DNA of 51,639 bases from Acidimicrobiia bacterium (GTDB lineage Bacteria > Actinomycetota > Acidimicrobiia > Spongiisociales > ZC4RG35). The notes under the pieces were generated by a model, which worked only from the letters and a program-made list of their open reading frames with translations, did not search any database and was not told where the DNA came from. The DNA is taken from assembly GCA_029240695.1 (NCBI GenBank), contig JARDZU010000001.1, forward strand, positions 1 to 51,639. The letters run 5' to 3'. This document shows, in pieces, positions 47,241 to 51,639 of the stretch; the first letter of the stretch is position 1; each line of letters opens with the position of its first letter. The translations under genes and the position numbers were made by a program.

Positions 47241-48068
47241 ATGGATGCCAGAGAGCTCGTGACGAAGCTTCACCCCGACGGGTTGGTCAGAGAGCTGTCC
47301 TCCGGGGCCAACAAGGTGTTTCGGGTCATCGATGCCGAGCGGAGCACGATCGTGAAGGTCTATCCGGTCACGTCACGGGAGCGGCGGGAGCGGCACGCCC
47401 TCGAGGCACTGGCCGCCATACCTTCGGTGCCCCGGATCATCAATCACGGGACCGAAGGCGAAATGGCCTGGCTCGAGATGAACGATGGCGGCCACTGGAA
47501 CCTGGCCAATCTCCCCAAGAACCTCGATTCGATCGAAGCATCCGGCGCGGCGCTGCGTGACATCCACACTTCTAACGCTGACATCACGAACCTGGCCGCC
47601 GGCATCGATTCCGACTATGTGCTGAGCCATTACAGGTCGACCATCGAACGATTGGGTCGTTATCGCCGCCGATTCGGTATGGATCAGACGGTGCTCGACA
47701 AGGCGCTCGAACTGGACCCACCCATGGCTACCGCTCCCGTGCCTGCCCATACCAAGCCGACACTCTCCAAGTTCATCATCAACGAGGAGGGGATGATCAC
47801 CATCGTCGACTGGGAATGGGCAACCCGGGCCCCGCGCGAATGGGACCTGGCCTTGGCAGTTTGGCGTCTCGCTTCCCGGATCGGGGAAGATGCATCGGCT
47901 GCGTTTCGGAGCGGATACGGAGCAGAGCTCCCCGAGAGCCAGTATCGGCCGTGGGTGGCCTATCACGCCGCCATGATGATGCTCGAGGCGGCCGAGGTCC
48001 GTGAGGGCCGGCTTGGCGACCTCGGATACCTGGTCAACGACCTGACCGAGGCAGTCCTCGGGACTTAA
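47241..48068 (+). CDS. Aminoglycoside-phosphotransferase (APH)/choline-kinase-fold protein, probably catalytically atypical
   Basis: It is 275 aa. The N-lobe pattern is SSGANKVFRV...IVKVYP. The C-lobe IVDWEWATRAPREWDLA matches the APH IDWE..A....DLA signature. The catalytic-loop position reads HTKPTLSK instead of HxDxxxxN. Confidence 0.78.
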   Translation: MDARELVTKLHPDGLVRELSSGANKVFRVIDAERSTIVKVYPVTSRERRERHALEALAAIPSVPRIINHGTEGEMAWLEMNDGGHWNLANLPKNLDSIEASGAALRDIHTSNADITNLAAGIDSDYVLSHYRSTIERLGRYRRRFGMDQTVLDKALELDPPMATAPVPAHTKPTLSKFIINEEGMITIVDWEWATRAPREWDLALAVWRLASRIGEDASAAFRSGYGAELPESQYRPWVAYHAAMMMLEAAEVREGRLGDLGYLVNDLTEAVLGT

Positions 48069-48144
48069 CAGCCTTCGATCGCAAATCCACGGTTTTCGCG
48101 ACCTCCTCTCTTAGCCTCATACGGCTGACACAAGGAGGACGGAC

Positions 48145-48351
48145 GTGTTGGAAGCATTGGTCGCGGTCACAGCGACGACAGGTCTGTTCGCCCTGGCGAA
48201 GGGGATACGGGGCAACCATCAATATCGGGTCGATCCACGGTTGGTTGTTCCACGGGACGAGCGAGGCGACGACCTGCCATGCCCATGGTGTTATGGGCCG
48301 ACCTACGAGGAGGACACCCGTTGTTCGGGGTGTGGCCGTTCATTCGGTTGA
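48145..48351 (+). CDS. Small membrane-anchored zinc-ribbon protein (68 aa)
   Basis: It has a GTG start 6 nt after a strong AAGGAGG. The N-terminal hydrophobic helix is LEALVAVTATTGLFALA. The C-terminus carries CPWC-x10-CSGC. Confidence 0.6.
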   Translation: MLEALVAVTATTGLFALAKGIRGNHQYRVDPRLVVPRDERGDDLPCPWCYGPTYEEDTRCSGCGRSFG

Positions 48352-48402
48352 ATGGGGCGCTAGCCCTGTAGAAAGACCCGACAACCGACATAGGGTGTAG
48401 AC

Positions 48403-49380
48403 GTGAGCAGGGTAGGACTGGTGCTCGGTGGTGGGGGGATCACCGGTGCGGCCTATGAGATGGCCGCCCTGATGTCGATTCGCCTTGCCACCGGGTGGGA
48501 TCCGGATCAGGCAGATGTCGTGGTTGGCACATCGGGTGGCGCCTTCGTCACTGCTCTGGTCAGGAACGATGCGCTCACACTCGATTCCCTGGTCTTGCCC
48601 AGCGACGATCGCGACGATGTCGCAGAGAGAATCAGGGGTCATGTCTTCACGAAGAACGGTGGTGTCCAGGTTCGTCATTGGGTCAGACATGGGATCGTCC
48701 CCGGACTGCGAGACCCCGGCCTCACTCTCTTCCTCGGCTCTCCGGCGCCTTATGAGGCCACCGGAGTCACCGAATGGGTGACCAACCAGATCGGCGAGGA
48801 ATGCGCCGGGCGCTGGCCGACGAGGCCCACTGCTGTCATCGCCTTCGATATCGCCGCACGACGCCGCGTGGTGTTCGGCGCCGAATCGGCACCCGAGGCC
48901 GGCATGGCTGACGCTGTCGCCGCCTCGTCGGCTATTCCGCTCCTGTTCAGGCCCTACCCGATCGATGGGCGTCTCTATGTCGATGGCGGTGTGGTCTCGG
49001 GCACGCATGCCGATGTGGTGCTCGGCTCAGAGAAGCCTTTGGACCTCGTGCTCGTCCTTGCCCCGATGGCAGCCGACGTCTCACGCAAACGTGCTCGCTT
49101 TCACGAGAAGATGTTCGACAGGGTCGGGCAGCGATCCCTGACCGAGGAGATCACCCTGATCAAGGAGGCGTGGCCACACTGCGAAGTCGTCGTGCTGAGC
49201 CCATCTCCATCTGTCCAGAACTCCATGCGTCCCAATCCGATGGACTCTCGGCGGGCCGTGGCGACTTTCATGCGAACTCTGATCTCGATGAAGCGCACGT
49301 TGGCCCAGCCCGAGGTTTGGGACCGCCTCGACGATCACCTCCGGCCACGTGCTCGTACGAGGCGAATCGCCCTCCGATAG
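48403..49380 (+). CDS. Patatin-like phospholipase
   Basis: It is 325 aa with the oxyanion-hole motif GLVLGGGGITGAA, the nucleophile elbow GTSGG and the catalytic Asp motif YVDGGV. Confidence 0.88.
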   Translation: MSRVGLVLGGGGITGAAYEMAALMSIRLATGWDPDQADVVVGTSGGAFVTALVRNDALTLDSLVLPSDDRDDVAERIRGHVFTKNGGVQVRHWVRHGIVPGLRDPGLTLFLGSPAPYEATGVTEWVTNQIGEECAGRWPTRPTAVIAFDIAARRRVVFGAESAPEAGMADAVAASSAIPLLFRPYPIDGRLYVDGGVVSGTHADVVLGSEKPLDLVLVLAPMAADVSRKRARFHEKMFDRVGQRSLTEEITLIKEAWPHCEVVVLSPSPSVQNSMRPNPMDSRRAVATFMRTLISMKRTLAQPEVWDRLDDHLRPRARTRRIALR

Positions 49381-49443
49381 CTCGACGGGCAATCTCAGTC
49401 GCTCAGCGCCGGACTACGTTGTCTGTCAACGAGAGGAGCCGCC

Positions 49444-49800
49444 TTGGCTGTCAGACCCACTCATTTCGAGTTCTACTCGGCCGATCCCCGAGCCACCGTC
49501 GAGTTTCTCACCACCGTGTTCGGGTGGCGTGTCGAGCAGTGGGAGGACCAGGATTACTGGCTCGTCGACACCGGCGATGGACCGGGGATCAACGGCGCCG
49601 TGGCCCTTGCCGGTGATGATGGCCCGAAGACGCTCAACACCTGCGACGTCGAGGATCTGGATGCTGCCATCGAGGCGGTCCAGATCGGAGGCGGGCAGCT
49701 CTTGACCGATGTCATGGAGTTGCCCGGCGTGGGTCGATGGGTGCAGGTCGAAGGGCCTGGTGGCGAGGAGTTCGGTCTGATGGAGCCGACCCGAGTCTGA
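49444..49800 (+). CDS. VOC (glyoxalase/bleomycin-resistance/dioxygenase) family protein
   Basis: It is 118 aa. The TTG start lies 6 nt after GAGAGGAG. It reads HFEFYSADP.....F...VFGW.V.......YW.V......GING, a typical single-domain VOC pattern. Confidence 0.82.
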   Translation: MAVRPTHFEFYSADPRATVEFLTTVFGWRVEQWEDQDYWLVDTGDGPGINGAVALAGDDGPKTLNTCDVEDLDAAIEAVQIGGGQLLTDVMELPGVGRWVQVEGPGGEEFGLMEPTRV

Positions 49801-49805
49801 CCCTG

Positions 49806-50738
49806 TCAGCCGATGGGTTCCAAACCTCCTGTGTTGGCTCCAGAGATAACGGCGACAACGCTCTCTCCCGGAACGGGCAGGTAGGCCTCACTTGCCAGGG
49901 CTGCGATCGGGGCGCATGCCGCCGGCTCGGCCAGGACCCGGCACGTCTCCCACAACCATGTCTGCGCTCTCACGATGTCCTGATCCGACACCAGGACCGA
50001 TTGGTCGATCCATTCATTGGCGCGCCAGGCGTGGTCGCCGAGCCGGGAGGCGCCAAGGGCGGAAGCGGCGATCCCGCCCACGGCCACATCGACCGGCCCG
50101 CCCGCCTCCCGGGCAGCATGAAGGGCAGGACACCCCTCCGACTCCACACCGACCACGGTGGCACCGTCACGGACCCAGCTGGCGATTCCACCGATCAACC
50201 CGCCACCTCCCACGGCTACCAGGATCGAGGCCGGTCCCGGGACCTGTTCGATGATCTCCATGCCGCAGGTCCCTTGACCTGCCACCACATCGGGTTGGTC
50301 ATAGGCATGGATCTCGTGGGCCCCCGATTCCCGCGCCCACTCTCGCGACGCGGCCAGCGCGTCGGGGTAGTAGCCGGGCACGACGCGTACATCGGCTCCC
50401 AATCCGGCGATCCGCCCCACCTTCTCCTCGGGCGAGCTCCCGGGAACGAATACGGTCGCCGCGTGAGCCAGGGCTCCGGCGGCATAGGCAACGGCCAGCC
50501 CGAAATTCCCGCCTGAGGCCGCGACGACCCCGCTCTCGGGCACGGCCCGTTTGGTCAGGTCGGAGAACGCCCCACGCACCTTGAACGAGCCCGTTGGCTG
50601 CATCGAGTCGAGTTTGAGAGTGAGTCGGTACTGCCCGCCCATCGCGCGCCCGAGATCCAGGGTCGGCGTCCGCCGCACGAAACGCCCTATCCGATGCGCG
50701 GCGGCTTCGATATCGGCCCTTGTGATCTCCTCGAGCAC
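49806..50738 (-). CDS. PLP-dependent threonine/serine dehydratase family enzyme
   Basis: It contains the PLP-lysine motif PTGSFKVRGA, ASGGNFG and a GGGGL loop. The GTG at 50738 gives MLEEITRADIEAAAHRIGRFVRRTPTL (310 aa), a typical family N-terminus. The longer track ORF, to 50984, would overlap the divergent kynU gene. Confidence 0.83.
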   Translation of the reverse strand: MLEEITRADIEAAAHRIGRFVRRTPTLDLGRAMGGQYRLTLKLDSMQPTGSFKVRGAFSDLTKRAVPESGVVAASGGNFGLAVAYAAGALAHAATVFVPGSSPEEKVGRIAGLGADVRVVPGYYPDALAASREWARESGAHEIHAYDQPDVVAGQGTCGMEIIEQVPGPASILVAVGGGGLIGGIASWVRDGATVVGVESEGCPALHAAREAGGPVDVAVGGIAASALGASRLGDHAWRANEWIDQSVLVSDQDIVRAQTWLWETCRVLAEPAACAPIAALASEAYLPVPGESVVAVISGANTGGLEPIG

Positions 50739-50786
50739 CTGGCGAGCGTATGCGGCGAAGATGGGACCGGTCGTAGCCTGCGACAA

Positions 50787-51639
50787 ATGACCCCCATCGA
50801 TCTCGGCCCGTTCCCGTCCGCCTCCGGCTTCGATACGGCAGTTGAGCTGGATGATTCTGACCCGCTCGCCGGATTCAAGGAGAGGTACGTGTTCTCCGAT
50901 CCGGACCTCATCTACCTCGACGGGAACTCCCTGGGGAGGCTGCCGTCGGCTGCTGCGCCCATTGTCGAACAGGTGGTTCGTCACGAATGGGGAGACCGTC
51001 TCATCAGATCCTGGAACGACGGCTGGTGGGATCTCCAGCTCGAAATCGGGGACCGGCTAGCACCGATTATCGGGGCCGGTCCCGGTGAGGTGATCATCTC
51101 CGATTCGACTTCGGTGAACCTGTACAAGCTGGCCACAGCAGCGCTGAGGGCACGACCCGGCAGGGACAAGATCATCTCCGACGATTCCAATTTCCCGACC
51201 GACGTCTATGTCTTGCAAGGGGTAGCAGCGGCGGGTCAGGCGACACTCGAGATCGTTGCTACCGAGGACACAACTGACCCCATGGGGGTCTTGGAATCCG
51301 CCTTGGACGAGAGGACCGCGTTCGTCTCTTTGTCACACACTGCTTTCAAGTCGGGCTACACCTACGACCTCGCCGGAATGACCGAGAAGGTGCATCGACT
51401 CGGAGGTTTGGTGTTATGGGACCTCAGTCATTCCGTCGGCGTGGTGCCGATCCATCTGGAGGAAGCCGGTGCAGACCTGGCGGTCGGCTGCACCTACAAA
51501 TACCTGAACGGGGGCCCGGGGTCGCCCGCATTCCTCTATGTGAGAAGATCCCTGCACAGCTCTCTGGACAACCCGATCACGGGTTGGTGGGGGCACGCCG
51601 AGCCGTTCGACTTCGATCTCGACTTCCGACCCACAGGCG
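50787..51639 (+). CDS. kynU: Kynureninase, C-terminus cut by the window edge
   Basis: Absent from the ORF track because it is open-ended. From the ATG at 50787 it reads MTPIDLGPFPSASGFDTAVELDDSDPLAGFKERYVFSDPDLIYLDGNSLGRLP...SWNDGWW...CTYKYLNGGPGSPAF...GWWGH. This is the kynureninase signature, including the PLP lysine context. Confidence 0.88.
   Translation, partial: MTPIDLGPFPSASGFDTAVELDDSDPLAGFKERYVFSDPDLIYLDGNSLGRLPSAAAPIVEQVVRHEWGDRLIRSWNDGWWDLQLEIGDRLAPIIGAGPGEVIISDSTSVNLYKLATAALRARPGRDKIISDDSNFPTDVYVLQGVAAAGQATLEIVATEDTTDPMGVLESALDERTAFVSLSHTAFKSGYTYDLAGMTEKVHRLGGLVLWDLSHSVGVVPIHLEEAGADLAVGCTYKYLNGGPGSPAFLYVRRSLHSSLDNPITGWWGHAEPFDFDLDFRPTG

Noticed and set aside
1-51639. A window-wide search for tRNA, rRNA or tmRNA genes, CRISPR arrays, IS elements or transposases, integrases, prophage genes and toxin-antitoxin pairs.
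   Set aside because: None was found. The non-coding spacers are all 135 nt or shorter. No regularly spaced direct repeats, terminal inverted repeats or recombinase-like ORFs were seen, and I saw no obvious shift in composition.

Overview
This is a GC-rich, very gene-dense chromosomal core segment with about 56 CDS. I found no rRNA, tRNA, CRISPR array or mobile element. Gene order matches the classic Actinomycetota housekeeping synteny and lies almost entirely on the minus strand. In transcription order the blocks are: pyrR-pyrB-pyrC-carA-carB-pyrD-pyrF-mihF-gmk-rpoZ-coaBC-metK; efp-nusB; alaS-ruvX-mltG-aroE-(DUF4388 protein)-(prepilin peptidase)-aroC-aroB; hisS-aspS-rarA; apt-relA-(MBL hydrolase); ruvC-ruvA-ruvB-queA-tgt-yajC; pdxS-pdxT-yebC; pgsA1-(PIM acyltransferase)-pimA; and thrS. 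The PI/PIM lipid genes, mIHF and this synteny indicate an actinobacterium. The presence of queA/tgt and a Bacillus-type pyrD suggests a deep-branching lineage such as Acidimicrobiia, but that is only a guess. Plus-strand islands carry an EF-G paralogue plus citrate synthase (41.3-44.7 kb), a kinase-fold protein / small Zn-ribbon protein / patatin / VOC protein (47.2-49.8 kb), and the start of kynureninase at the right edge. Many ORF-track entries are over-extended at the N-terminus or are antisense or alternative-frame artefacts of high GC content. I trimmed starts using neighbouring stop codons and conserved N-termini. I see no compelling novel multi-gene system. The items most worth a second look are: (1) a PyrR-binding RNA whose Shine-Dalgarno sequence serves a 13-codon uORF coupled to pyrR; (2) a DUF4388/PATAN-like protein with an acidic tail next to an orphan prepilin peptidase inside the aro operon; (3) an EF-G paralogue lacking the catalytic His; and (4) an APH-fold protein with both catalytic-loop residues replaced by Lys, sitting upstream of a membrane Zn-ribbon peptide and an intact patatin phospholipase. 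All homology calls come from reading motifs by eye and from memory of the families. No database search was run.
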